From assembly GCA_977020255.1 (NCBI GenBank), contig CDROCS010002597.1, positions 496,001 through 560,000 of the forward strand: a stretch of 64,000 nt of DNA, given 5' to 3'. A model generated the notes under the pieces. That model did not search any database. It had not been told where the DNA came from and worked only from the letters and a program-made list of their open reading frames with translations. The stretch is from Obrimoposthia wandeli (Eukaryota). This document shows, in pieces, positions 36,760-48,464 of the stretch (position 1 is the stretch's first letter; each line of letters starts with the position of its first letter). A program made the translations under genes and the position numbers.

Positions 36760-38660
36760 TGATAGTTTTTGTATGACGTTTGTTTGTCATTCGTTTTGCG
36801 GTGGGTGGCTTATGTGGTTGGTCTCAGTGTGGACTCTGTTATGGTGGAAATTGTCAGCTATTTCAGCTATTTTTTGAATATCGGTGATTTTAACGGCGGT
36901 GATGATATCTCTTGTGTTTAGTGGAAGGGTTTTGAGAAAGCATTCTTTCAGAATGTTGGAGTAGTTGTGTGCTTGTTGTGGGTTGATATTAGAAAGTTGT
37001 TTTTTTATAATGTTTGAGGGTTTGTGATGGTGTGGTTTTCTCCTTTTTGGACGGGTTGTTATATATAATCATGATCTATATCATCCACTTTCAGCTCTTC
37101 TTGTTGATCCTTGTTTGGTCGCCCGAAATCATAGTAATCGTAGTTGTTCTGTAATAATAATATAGTTTAAATATTTAGTTTAAAAAATTATTTAAATAAA
37201 AAAAAATGACCAGTTCGAATTTTATAAATTAATTTACAAAGTTCTCATATGAGGATTCCTCACTACTCTCCATGAATGTTTTCTGCTTTGTGGATATAGA
37301 GATTCTTCACCTAACTCACGTAAAAGATCATTATATAATATAATAGAGATGTCTTCTTCAGCCTCTGAGGCATTTTTGACTCTATGATTCCAATCAAGGC
37401 ATTCTTCAATCCGTTTGTATTCTTCGACCCTTTCTTCTAAATCTATGAAGTTATATTTAGATAATTTATCAATAATGCTTTCTTAGGTATGCTGCATTCA
37501 TTATAAAGTTGCTTGAAAAGAGATCTTTCGAATTTATTCACAGGTATAATTTCTTCTTCATCATCTGAAAATATAATTGTTTCCATACTGGAGATTTGTG
37601 GACCATATATGATTTCTCGTGCCTCTTCATCTTGACAAACGATATCATACATTCGACATGTTTCTTCATCTGTAGGTTCTTTCTCTTCTTGATTTTTTCT
37701 TTTCTTCTTGACAAGTTCTTTTTTACATTCAAAAAGCTTGAAGTTCTTCTTATCGAGGAGTTGTTGTGCCATTGTGATTATGAAATTTTCTAAAATTGAT
37801 TATGTTTAAATAGTTGAATAGTGATATTATGTAATAATGTAAATATGAGTAAACGTAGAAACTCATCAGGGGGGTTCATTGATGATATATAAAATGATGT
37901 CATCATACGTATTGTTAATATATCAATAGCATTGATATATGTAACAATGATATTGATATAATGACATTGATTTATGTGTGAGTCATCGGAGGAGGGGTAT
38001 TGGCTCGGAACCCTCATAACCACCTACTTGTGTGTTAACCACAAGATTATATTTTAGCATATCATTGAGGGAGAGATTTATTAATCAATTTACAAACACA
38101 TATCACGACAAATGGCTAAATAAAAGTCGGGGACGGTGAACACAAGGTCCATGAGACACCTTTTCCCCGTCTGTACAGTGATTACAAGCCCAAAGATCTC
38201 AAAATATGAATGTAGTAAATATTTGCTCTTCACTAGGTCAAGTTGATTATCGCCTCCCTGGATTGGCGGTGCCGACATGCGAAGTTGAGCGGGACGTCAT
38301 CGTTAGCAAGACACCAAGTACCGAGACTGCCGGTGAAGAAGTTGTTCTAAATCGTTTTTAACTATGTTTCCTCGCGTTTTGTTCATTTTATCTATTAGCT
38401 CTTTTGTTGGGTTTTTGTGGCTCAATATGTCGTTAATCTCATCCGCTATAGTTTTAATTGCGGTGGCGGGCAACTTGTTGATGATGTGCATTGTTATTTC
38501 TATTTCTGTGTGTTTGTTGCTGGTTGTCAGAATGTTGTGTGTTAGGTTTATCCAGTCTGTAGGGTTGTCGTTTTCATCTACAAAATATTGTGGGGATTTT
38601 ATGTATGTAAAGGTGGGTGTTTGTTCGTGTCTAGGCACTTCCGATCGGAAACAGTTAATT
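36760..38660 (-). mobile_element. Ty3/gypsy-type gag remnant, split by a 1.28-kb insertion (37062-38339)
   Basis: KSPQYF...NPTDW...IINKLP...LEQLL joined to NNPSKKEKTTPSQTLKH(fs)...FLKTLPLNTRDII...IAEIADNF; matches the KLPxFW/PSQxLR/LAExAD gag pattern. Confidence 0.65.
37062..38339. repeat. 1278-bp near-identical duplicate of 54510-55787
   Basis: Same ORFs in both copies (37443-37772 = 54891-55220); only scattered substitutions. Confidence 0.95.
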
Positions 38661-39489
38661 GTGTTGTTTAATTGTATAAACAATTTTTATAATAAAATTA
38701 AGCTAAAAATGATGATGATCATATAGATAGTGTGAAGATAATGTGTAAAAGTGTGTAATAAAGTGTAGATAATGTGTAATGATGTGGTAGGCGTAGTGAA
38801 ATGATAGTGGTGTTGAGAAAATAAGAACCGAATAAAACTGGTACAGTAAAAAAAAATTACGGTAGTAGTCAATAAATATTTGTGAGGAGATTGAAAATAT
38901 GAGTAGTACGGCGATGAATAGCTGGCGTGGAAATTTAATAGGCCAAACAGTCGTCGTATTTCTGGCAAAGGTCGCGATGATGACGATGATGATTATGATT
39001 GTGATGACTGGGTTGTAGAGAAGAATAACGGATTGTTAAATTATAGAATTGTAAAATTGTTGGATTGAGAGTTTAGTTTTTTTTGTTCGGTTAATTTGTT
39101 AAATTTGAGAATTGTTGGATTGATTTAGTTGATTGAGTTGAATAATTGTTCGGATGGTCAATTTGTTCGGTTGAATTCTTGAGTTCTGTTGAATTCTTGA
39201 GCTTTTTTCCGGAATGTTCGGGCGCCAATTTGTTAAGTTGTTGGGTTTTGTTGGTTTGGGAGCTTCAACGAGTTTTAAGAAAATCCAAGTCAATTGCTAT
39301 TGATTTATTTCAAATTTTTTATTATTTAATCACTAACAATTACCATTCAATGTTTTGTAGCGAGGCTACTAATTGGATTATCATAATCAATCATCATAAT
39401 ACATAATTAAAATCACAACTTGTACACACATAAACAAATGACAACACAAAAGAGAAAGAGAGTGTGTAGTGAAAACATATCATAATAAT

Positions 39490-41077
39490 ATAATAAATGC
39501 AAAAAAGTTGAAGGAACAATATTTGCAAGATGAGTTGCATCAAAACTGAATAGTGTATTTTTGATAATACCTGTTAATTACTTCTTTAATTATTTATTTA
39601 ATTATGCTATTGGTACTCTTAATAATGTGAAAATTGAAGGTGAAAATTCTTCCTATGCTCATAAAGCTTTGATTGAAAGTCTATTGAATTATAGTACTGA
39701 TACTCAAAATACTAATTTGGCAATAATTAGTTTTGATAAAACGGTTGCAACTCGCAAAGAATGAATTGCAGTCTAAAGCGTACGAAATATGTGAGTCTAT
39801 GAGACTAAAAGTCTTTGAACAACCTAAATATTTAATTCCCGATGTAAATGTACATTTTCATTTGAAACGCAATAAATGGCTGATACGACGGGATCATCTT
39901 CCATGGGTGTTTGATGCCTGCCTCGATATTTTCGAAGATATTGGTTCTCATCGGTCTCATGAAATGGTGAGAGAATTGTTCATCAGCTCTTGACTTACTC
40001 CTTGGCTCACCACAGTCGAGTCTTGACTAAGAAAGTCAATGTACTGCGACAGTGGTGGTGTTTGCTGTTGTACTGGATAGAGATCTCCATACATATTCAC
40101 CTTCATATCTTCGTCTATGTCAACGTTGTTGTAAAATAGCATTTTTAATTTATGAAAAATAATGAAAAGAGATCTCCTTATATACAGACTAATTCTCTTC
40201 CATCATCCAATGAGAGCGTGTTATTCAAATAATTTATTTGAAAATCCATATTTTTTGCCTGTCTATGTTCAATTAATTTATTCAAAAAATTGAGTGCGTG
40301 TTGAGATAAATAAACATTTATACAATTCTTAAAGTCATATATAGGGTTTTAGTGGCAGACAAATTGGGGGATTTCAGAAGCTAAATGGTAAGCCAAGCAT
40401 CGTAGGGACCTGCTAAAATCACTGTTATTGGAATTCAAATTCCATATGCGCTTAATCTTTGAATTTCAGTTCGCCACCTTTACCACTGTACCATTAACCA
40501 TAAGTAAACTGCTCTTGTACAGTTGAAAAGTATATGTATGTCTCAGGACATGTATAGATTTTTATATACATGTGTAGTTTGAGTAGTACAGGGAGGTAAT
40601 TGTGAGTGTAGAGGAATATAATTTTAAAAAATACTATCGCACCAGAAGGGCACAATTTTTTATGGGGAAGTTGAGAAAAATGTATAGTATGTATAGTATA
40701 CATGTGTAGTTTAAGTAGTGAGAGAAGGTATGGGTAGACGGATATATTTAATGAAGTTACGTTCGCACCTGAAGGGTGTGATTTTTTTGTTATTGTTACT
40801 TTCGCTTCTGGAGGGTGCGATTTTAGTAGTTTCGTTCGCCCGGAGATGCGCTATGGGTGAGCCAAACCCACCTCCCTTGTGGGGGTTGGGAGCGATCAGG
40901 GTGCCCCACAATTATTTTAGGTGGGGAACCTCCCACCACCCCCACTGACGCGGGGTAATTAGACAGGACACACGTGCGCGAAATTTTACTCATCACACAT
41001 GTACGGTTTTAAATGACAGTGGTATCCCCGTGGGGAAGGGGGGAGGGAATGGATTAGACTGGACATATCCACCTACT
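39490..41077 (-). mobile_element. Internally deleted sibling of E1 in inverted orientation (E3)
   Basis: Terminus CCACCTACT at 41077; first-ORF N-terminus homolog at 39975-40142; MCP N-terminal fragment on + at 39509-39880. Confidence 0.85.
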
Positions 41078-43879
41078 TCTATTCAATTATATACGTGTCA
41101 GTTGATATTTCTGTTTTCTGATTTGTATAATAATCTCAACAGAGCAACTCTTGAATATTAAAATAATCAATTTTAAAAATAAGAAATATTTTAATAATAT
41201 TATTTTTATCATTTATAACTGTTAAATACTTGAAAAACTGTTTGATATTATTCTTTTGTAACATATTTTTATCAATAACCTCAATGAAAATAAAATATAA
41301 CATTTATCTGTTGTTACCTGAAAATAAGTTATCTTGCAGTTTTTGTTATTTAGAAATATGTAAAAAAAAATCTTACATTTTCCCTTTTATCCGTTCTATT
41401 CGAAGCTATTTCAGCTCTATTCACAGAAATAACTTAAAATAGATATAAGTACTTTCTGAAGCCATTGAAGAATCAGAGAAGTCTGACAAAATTTATATTG
41501 TCGAGTTTTTTTGGTTTTCCACGATGGTATTGATTTTGATTTATAGTATTAAGTTATAATTTCGACTTTGTACATTAAAATCATATACTAAAAAGTAGTA
41601 AATGTTTTGCAAAAATCCAGTAGAATATCTTTAAATTTGTAGTACACATGTTTAAACATGAGTTTAACAATGAGGCTCAGCTGGGACACAATATAAATCA
41701 ATAAATTGCCTACAAACCCCAAAATAAATCCCAGATTAAACCTGCTTAATATTTGACACGGTTAAAAACTGAGTCGCCGGTGGGAGTTTGGTATCAAACC
41801 TGGGTTTTCTTCATGGTAAAAGTAATAATGTCTAGTTATTCCTCAGTGTCAGAGCCCAGTAATTTCCCATGCTCGGTATCAGCTGAATTTTATACATTAT
41901 ACAATCTTCCGACTTCCTGTTGAGCCCATGACACGGTGAGACGGTCTTAAATTTGACAGTCGCGATCTAATGCTACCTTACTATTTAGGATAATTTTGGT
42001 CCAATTAATTTTATTTACAAACCGAACGTAGCTATAATGAAATCAGATTCTCGGTCGAAAGAGCTTCATAGTATGGAAGAGTCCTGTTATACTCATCGTA
42101 GATGACGGTTTACTAATTAAGTCATACTTGAATTTATTGAGATGCAAGAACGATTTTTAGAGGAAAATGGAATTAAATAAATCAGAGACTAGTGAGTGAC
42201 GAAATATTGAAGGTTGGCATTTGAAAAGGTTGACCCTTCCTAGTTTTAATGGAAACAATTATGAATTTGAGAGTTTTAGAGCCACATTTAACGCTTTACC
42301 GGGTTTCATCGGGCATCACACAGTACCAGCCACCAGTGATCCTTGGCCATTCACAATTGCAGGTACATGGCAGCGTGCCGCTGCTCCGCTTCACTGGTAG
42401 TTTATCTTCTCTGTCAGCATTGACTGCAGTATATTTGAAGTCTAGGTCAACCTCCTGGCAATCACAGCGTATACCTTGCAGCTTTTTGTCAGGACTCAGC
42501 TGAAACCAATTCTTCTAACCTTTCAGGGTCCGTTTATAGACGCTCTAGCCACTTTGTACGCCTCAATTTTATCTACCATCGCTATTTATCTATTCAGCAC
42601 TTAACTTCATCGCTCCCATCTGTCAGAGTATAACCAGGCTTCTGCTACCAATTGATGTGCATAAATTCTTATCTTCTTTATTCTTATCACAGATTTCACA
42701 ACCTCAGTCTGCACATCAGTATCTTTAAAATTCAATTCACAAAAACAAACTGATTCAATTCACAAAAACAACACAAAATATCTAGCTATTAGCTATAGCC
42801 AGGCACATATACCGGCCAAGAACTCATTAACAAGCACTTTGAAGTGCAGAAAATGTAAATAAAGCGTTAATTGGTCAATCCCTAAATCACAACAAATTGA
42901 CTCAGCAAGAATGAGTCATTTTATGAAATGTACGGAAATTACATTTCATAATTTGATCTTCAAACTGATACAATAGATAATTAAAAGTGCATATACCTAT
43001 AAAATCATTTAGGTTTTATATCATGTTATAACAAAGTTATTTGTATTTTTATCATTCTATGTTGATTTAAATTTGATAAGTCCATGATTTACATACTTGA
43101 GACCATAACATGAGTAATGGGAAAATGGATAGACAGATCACGACCCTAAACGTCGTTATCACTTCTTTATTGGGTAGTGCTATTTTCTATCCATTCTTTC
43201 ATTACCGACATATTTACAATATTTTACAATTTTTTCTTTTATTAATCTTGAAATTTAAAATTAAAGTGTGGAAAAACAGTCAAAAAGATTTTTTAAATCC
43301 TTGGGTCTACAAACATTTTTCAATTTTTAAAAATCTATAAACTGGCACAAGTTACACACTTGACAATCTGTCGAAAGAAATTAACACTATTTATTTCTTA
43401 CTATCATAAGGTTTTAAAAATATTCATAATCCATGCTTAGCTTCTTTAATTTTACAAATACATATTTTCTTTAAACTCTTACAAACATTACTTTTATACT
43501 TTTTCATTATCAACAATATTCTTAAGACACTCATTAATCTTTCTACCATCATAAGAATTTAAATATATTGCATTTCCCCTTTTTGAGATTTCATAAGATC
43601 AATCTCAGTTTTTAACTTTTCTCTATGCATAATTTTTTTAGACTATTTTTCCTTATGAATTACAGTAGCAATCCCACAAGCAGCACCTGCAGTTCCTACA
43701 ACAATTGACACTATTATAAGTATTAAAGCTGCCAAGTGTAAAGTACCTTCTTCTTTAGCTTCTTTAACTTTTACGGTTTTATAGTGTTTTTACCGATCCA
43801 AACTTTTTTACCATCTATTTCTATACTTTTCGGTTTTCCCAAATTTATTATATTCCTTAATTTTTCTTCCATTTTTTAT

Positions 43880-44720
43880 CCATAAAAATCTAGATAACAC
43901 GCTCTTAACTGTATGGAAAACTATGGAATTATTCTTATGTCATCGAAAGGACAGAAAACTTTTTTTATTTTGTTTTGTTAGAAACATTTTATAATGATCA
44001 ATTGATAATCTATAATTATTTAAGTATTTTCTTTCTTGATTAAATAATTTATCTTTATAATCTTCATATCTGAAAGTGTTTTTATTAGCTTTTGTTATAT
44101 ATTACACTTTTTAGTTTCCCTATCTTTTTTTATTTATAACATAATACTAACATTATCATATTTATATTCTATGTATTTATATGCATAACCTTTACCTTTA
44201 ATACATATTAATTATTTTAAATATTTTACGTTGTACTTTCGTTAAATTGTGATAAATCTGTAAGATATTTCAATTATTTAAATTTTTCAATTTCATCTTT
44301 TATTGAAGAGTCAAAGGTTATTTTAAGTTCTAGGAATAATCTGTATCACCATAATGTATTTTACAATGTTGTATTATTTTATCTATACAATCATATATAA
44401 ATCTATACATGATTAGTTTTGATAATTCTAAAATTGTAAATTCTATTTTTTGTTTAACTTTATTTCTTGACATATTTACAGCTACTAATTCCATGTCAAA
44501 GATTTTAACTCTTTTAAAAGTTGGTTTAGCTGTTAACCATTTAAATCCTTCTTCATTATAAACGATTTCTATATCTTGAAGATTTTTAACATTTTCTAAT
44601 GTTTTACCATAGAAAGCATTATTGAATAATTTTAAAAATGTTAGATTGAATTTATAATTTGTTGATTTAGCTTCTGATTGTTTACTAATATAAAAATTTA
44701 TATATTTTTTAATCCATTTA
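43880..44720 (-). pseudogene. Third, divergent pPolB C-terminal fragment
   Basis: FLKLFNNAFYGKTLENV...KPTFKR...ILELSKLIMY and C-terminal KKVFCPFDDIR. Confidence 0.75.
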
Positions 44721-46010
44721 GATATTTTTTAATCCATTTAGATATTAAATATTTTAATTTTCTATGTATCTTAGTTAAGATCATGCCATGATCAAGATAC
44801 CAATCTAACATGCTAACCTCTATAATATAATGCATAATGTAGCATGATGAGTTGGCAGTTTTACCTCATAAACTTTCTCAATGGTTCAACAGATTAAATA
44901 AACAAACTCTACTTTGAGAAATACTCTGCAATATATTTAGATGTCGAAAGACAAAGATATTTCAAAGAAAATTAAGTTTGTTTGTTTTTAAGACAGTGTA
45001 AATACCGCGAACGATTATATATTGTCTTTATCTTTTGCCAACTCGGTGTCTCGTTACGTCTATTGCTGAACTTTTCCAATCATTTTCCCGGTTTAACAGT
45101 TTTTTTCTCCTATCAACCACTTTAATTTGAACTGACATTGCGTGAGATTTAATATGTGGTCATAATTAGTTACCGACAACTTTTGTAACTTTTTCATTGC
45201 GATGAGAAATGTTATTCAACACGACATCTTGGAAAATTAAAAGCAAGTTTCGTAAATTAACATTTATTTAAAAGTCGGTTCAAATTAAATGAAAATGCAA
45301 CAATGAATAAATGGAAAGTCATTAATTAAATTCTCAAATATTTTTGTACCAATCGAAAGTTTTGCCTACAAGGGAATAATCCCAGCTGGCACCTCTAAAT
45401 TTTAAAGTAACAGATTTTAAAGAGTTTATAAATACAACTGAAGTAAATAATATTGACGCATAAATTATTTTTTTAACATTTTTTATTGACAAATATTATA
45501 AGTTTTAAGATAGTTTATTTAATATTCAAATTAAAAATTATATTTATTCTATTTAAAATAAACTCTTTTAAATAACTTTAAAAAGCTCAAGACATATTAC
45601 AAACTTTAAATAAGATTTTTTTAAAAAAATTTATTACTTTTTTTTAATAGGTTTACTAGTAGATTTTTAATTTTTTTTTAAATTCATTTTCAAAATGTCT
45701 ATTTTATTTTATTAATTATAATTTTAAATATTTGATATGGAATTGAATCGAAAAAACAAAAGATAAATTATTGATTACTGTTACATGAGAAGAATTAATG
45801 GCGTAGAAATTAAAAGGAAAATAAATGAAGCCTGAAATCATGGTACTGTGAATCTAATAACATGACAAAGATAAAACAATTAATATAGAATATTTTCAAT
45901 AAAATGAAAAACAGAAACGGGTTATCAAGCCAGAATATTGATGATGGCACAAATGATTATTTAATAAGCTTTTCTTCAGCAACCAGTAGAAAAATCGCAA
46001 TCCAAATATA

Positions 46011-46185
46011 TGTTGGGTAATTAAAAATTAATTAATTTAAGTCAATTTAAATTGACATTTAATATTTATCTAAAATGCCCACAATTAGGGAGGAATTCAA
46101 ATTCAGCCTCCGACGGGGTGGTCCCGTTTCGCCTTCCCAGGCTCGTCAGGAAGGCGGCTAGATAAGTGGGTTTGAACACCAAAGT
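46011..46185. repeat. 175-bp direct repeat, copy 1 (identical to 47662-47836)
   Basis: TGTTGGGTAATT...GAACACCAAAGT; no differences seen between the copies. Confidence 0.97.
46106..46155 (-). ncRNA. Type I hammerhead ribozyme, copy 1
   Basis: GCCUUC-CUGACGA-GCCU(GGGA)AGGC-GAA-ACGGG(ACCAC)CCCGU-C/GGAGGC; complete core and three stems; GUC cleavage between 46112 and 46111. Confidence 0.93.
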
Positions 46186-46331
46186 AAAAGACTAAAATGA
46201 TTTACAGACTTTTGATTAACAAAAAGAGACAAATAAACTGACAGGAACATTTCATTTGATAGACAGTTGACAATTTTTATATTTGCATGTAAAAATCAAC
46301 ATTTTTTTAACTATATCTGTATACCCTACAG

Positions 46332-47459
46332 ATGGAACCCACAAGCACGAATCCTCATTTGAACTGGCAGGTGGTGCCGCAGGGTAAGAGAGAGAAGTCA
46401 GTCCAATTAGCAGAACAACGTCAAGAAATGGCAAAAATGGCTAAGTTCCTTTATGGAAAAATAAGGCAGTTTGGAACAAGGTATTTCCATAACCATTACG
46501 GAATAAAGCTTTTTGACAATCAGACCCAGCTTCCAAATAGCATCAAGTTAAGAGACACCCCAAGACAAAGCATAATTCTCAACATAAATAGTAAAAAGCC
46601 AACAGAACAAAGACTGTTTGAGTTGATGAAATTCTTACCTACATGCACGGACATTGAGATTCACGTAGCAAAAGGCCGTGGATTTTTAAAACACAAGAAA
46701 AGCAAACATTTCTCTGTCCTTCTCCTGCAAAACCACTCTTACCGGTTGATGAGACATCAAATAACTCCCAATTTGATGATTCGTTTTTCGGGTGGAAATA
46801 ACATAATTTTCATGGAGCAAAATGTGCGACCTAATCCCGTTCAAGTCTGCCATTTGAATATCATTCCCAACAATCCTCAAATAATTTTTGTCGATTGTGA
46901 AATGGTAGTAAAGATGAACAAACAACCCACCCTAGCCAGCATTACAATAATGAATAGAAGCGGACAGATCGTTTTGGATACGAAATGCAATAGCAGAGAC
47001 AGAATCAGGAATTATGTGACAAGAATAACGGGCCTTAATGAACGGAAGTTAAGAAACCAACCTGATTCTGTCGAAGTGTTAGAACGTGTCCAATCCTTGC
47101 TAAGAGACAATATTTTCGTAGGGACGGGAATAACCAACGATCTCAAAGTTTTAGGACTACAGAAAAACGATTTTTCGCACACGGTCGATCTAGGGGCAAC
47201 ACAGACTATTCAATTGGAAATGAACCGTAGAGAACAAGCTGGACTTGCTCGAATGGTTTCGTGGTATTTCAATAAAGAAATACAAAAGAATACCCACTCT
47301 AGCCTCATAGACACACAATGGAACCGAAAAATTTTCCTCCATAAAGAGCAAGAGCTAATAGAAGAATGTGGACTGACAGTCTCTCTCCCCTGCATTGCCA
47401 GTAATGACCTATCTGAAGTTGTAAACATTTGCTCCTTTGATTCTGAGGACAACATTTAA
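46332..47459 (+). CDS. DEDDh 3'-5' exonuclease (REXO4/ISG20-like C-terminal domain) with an unknown ~185-aa N-terminal region
   Basis: Intact intronless 375-aa ORF; FVDCEM (D,E), ITNDLKVL (D), THSSLID (H,D). Confidence 0.9.
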   Translation: MEPTSTNPHLNWQVVPQGKREKSVQLAEQRQEMAKMAKFLYGKIRQFGTRYFHNHYGIKLFDNQTQLPNSIKLRDTPRQSIILNINSKKPTEQRLFELMKFLPTCTDIEIHVAKGRGFLKHKKSKHFSVLLLQNHSYRLMRHQITPNLMIRFSGGNNIIFMEQNVRPNPVQVCHLNIIPNNPQIIFVDCEMVVKMNKQPTLASITIMNRSGQIVLDTKCNSRDRIRNYVTRITGLNERKLRNQPDSVEVLERVQSLLRDNIFVGTGITNDLKVLGLQKNDFSHTVDLGATQTIQLEMNRREQAGLARMVSWYFNKEIQKNTHSSLIDTQWNRKIFLHKEQELIEECGLTVSLPCIASNDLSEVVNICSFDSEDNI

Positions 47460-47661
47460 ATTAGTAAGATATTTTTGCTATGCTACATTCACTAAATGTA
47501 TTATTGCTTGTGAATGAAAAATGTAAAATCAATGTTTTATTTTTATCGTTAAAGTAACAGACTCGAGTAATTTTTGTGAAAGTCACGTTAGACAGCTATG
47601 TACTAAACGGGACATTCTTTGGAAAACGTCAGAGGTCTGACTTTGTTTACCCCCATAGGAT

Positions 47662-47836
47662 TGTTGGGTAATTAAAAATTAATTAATTTAAGTCAATTTA
47701 AATTGACATTTAATATTTATCTAAAATGCCCACAATTAGGGAGGAATTCAAATTCAGCCTCCGACGGGGTGGTCCCGTTTCGCCTTCCCAGGCTCGTCAG
47801 GAAGGCGGCTAGATAAGTGGGTTTGAACACCAAAGT
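47662..47836. repeat. 175-bp direct repeat, copy 2
   Basis: Identical to 46011-46185, period 1651 bp. Confidence 0.97.
47757..47806 (-). ncRNA. Type I hammerhead ribozyme, copy 2
   Basis: Same sequence as copy 1; cleavage between 47763 and 47762. Confidence 0.93.
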
Positions 47837-48464
47837 TTTTCCGCCCAGCTACTACCACCTCTCCAGTCAGCAGCAACAACATTGGCTGCACTATCTCTGA
47901 CGCAAATGTCACTCCCTCGCTCATCTCTGTCATCCATGAGGACAACCTTTAAGTACAGCGGCCTCTCTCTCTCTCTCGGGCGGCGGCACTGACCGGATGA
48001 TACTGGACTTATCCTGGTAGTGCTACTCTTGCAGCATCAATCCATCATCTTCCCGGCTACCCACTCTCTCGGACAATTCGCAGTAACTGGCGGCAGTCTG
48101 ACATGACCCTTTTCCAGAATCTCTGATCTGTTTGTGTGTGCAGAGTTTGGTTCTGTTTGTGTAGGTGTGTCTCCCTCGCTCTGTCGCATCATCAGACTGA
48201 CTGCGGTAGCCCCTGGTAACGCCGTCCCTGCTGCCATCGGCGTTCTATTTGACAGATACATTCTGCTGATGTACTGTCTTATCTCCTTTTCTGTGTGTGT
48301 ACGCAACAGTCAGTAGCAGACGGGAAATTCTCTGCAATTGTGCGTCTTCCCAATGCCAAATCAGACATCCAGCGATTCTCTTCCTCATGGTCACTACCTG
48401 TCTTCCGCTGTCGGCTATCGATCTCCCTGTCCTTGACTTTCTCGTGGATTTGACATTTTCCCAT
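47837..48464 (-). pseudogene. Unidentified frameshifted coding-like segment on the ribozyme strand
   Basis: GC-richer, purine-rich minus strand; overlapping ORF fragments broken at microsatellites; no family recognised. Confidence 0.35.

Noticed and set aside
37062-38339. Helitron insertion
   Set aside because: No A|TC...CTRR|T boundaries, and the reading frame continues past the junction in the other copy
6101-41077. One 35-kb Polinton defined by TIRs at 6101 and 41077
   Set aside because: Flanks GATGTT and TCTATT are not a TSD, the ends are diverged, and both lead into the same first gene, so they are two sibling left ends
42249-42700. GC-richer coding-like patch
   Set aside because: No frame gave a recognisable motif; left unannotated
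46011-47836. Conventional LTR retrotransposon/TRIM
   Set aside because: No PBS, PPT or TSD; identity extends past the TG..CA; the hammerhead points to a pLTR/retrozyme type instead
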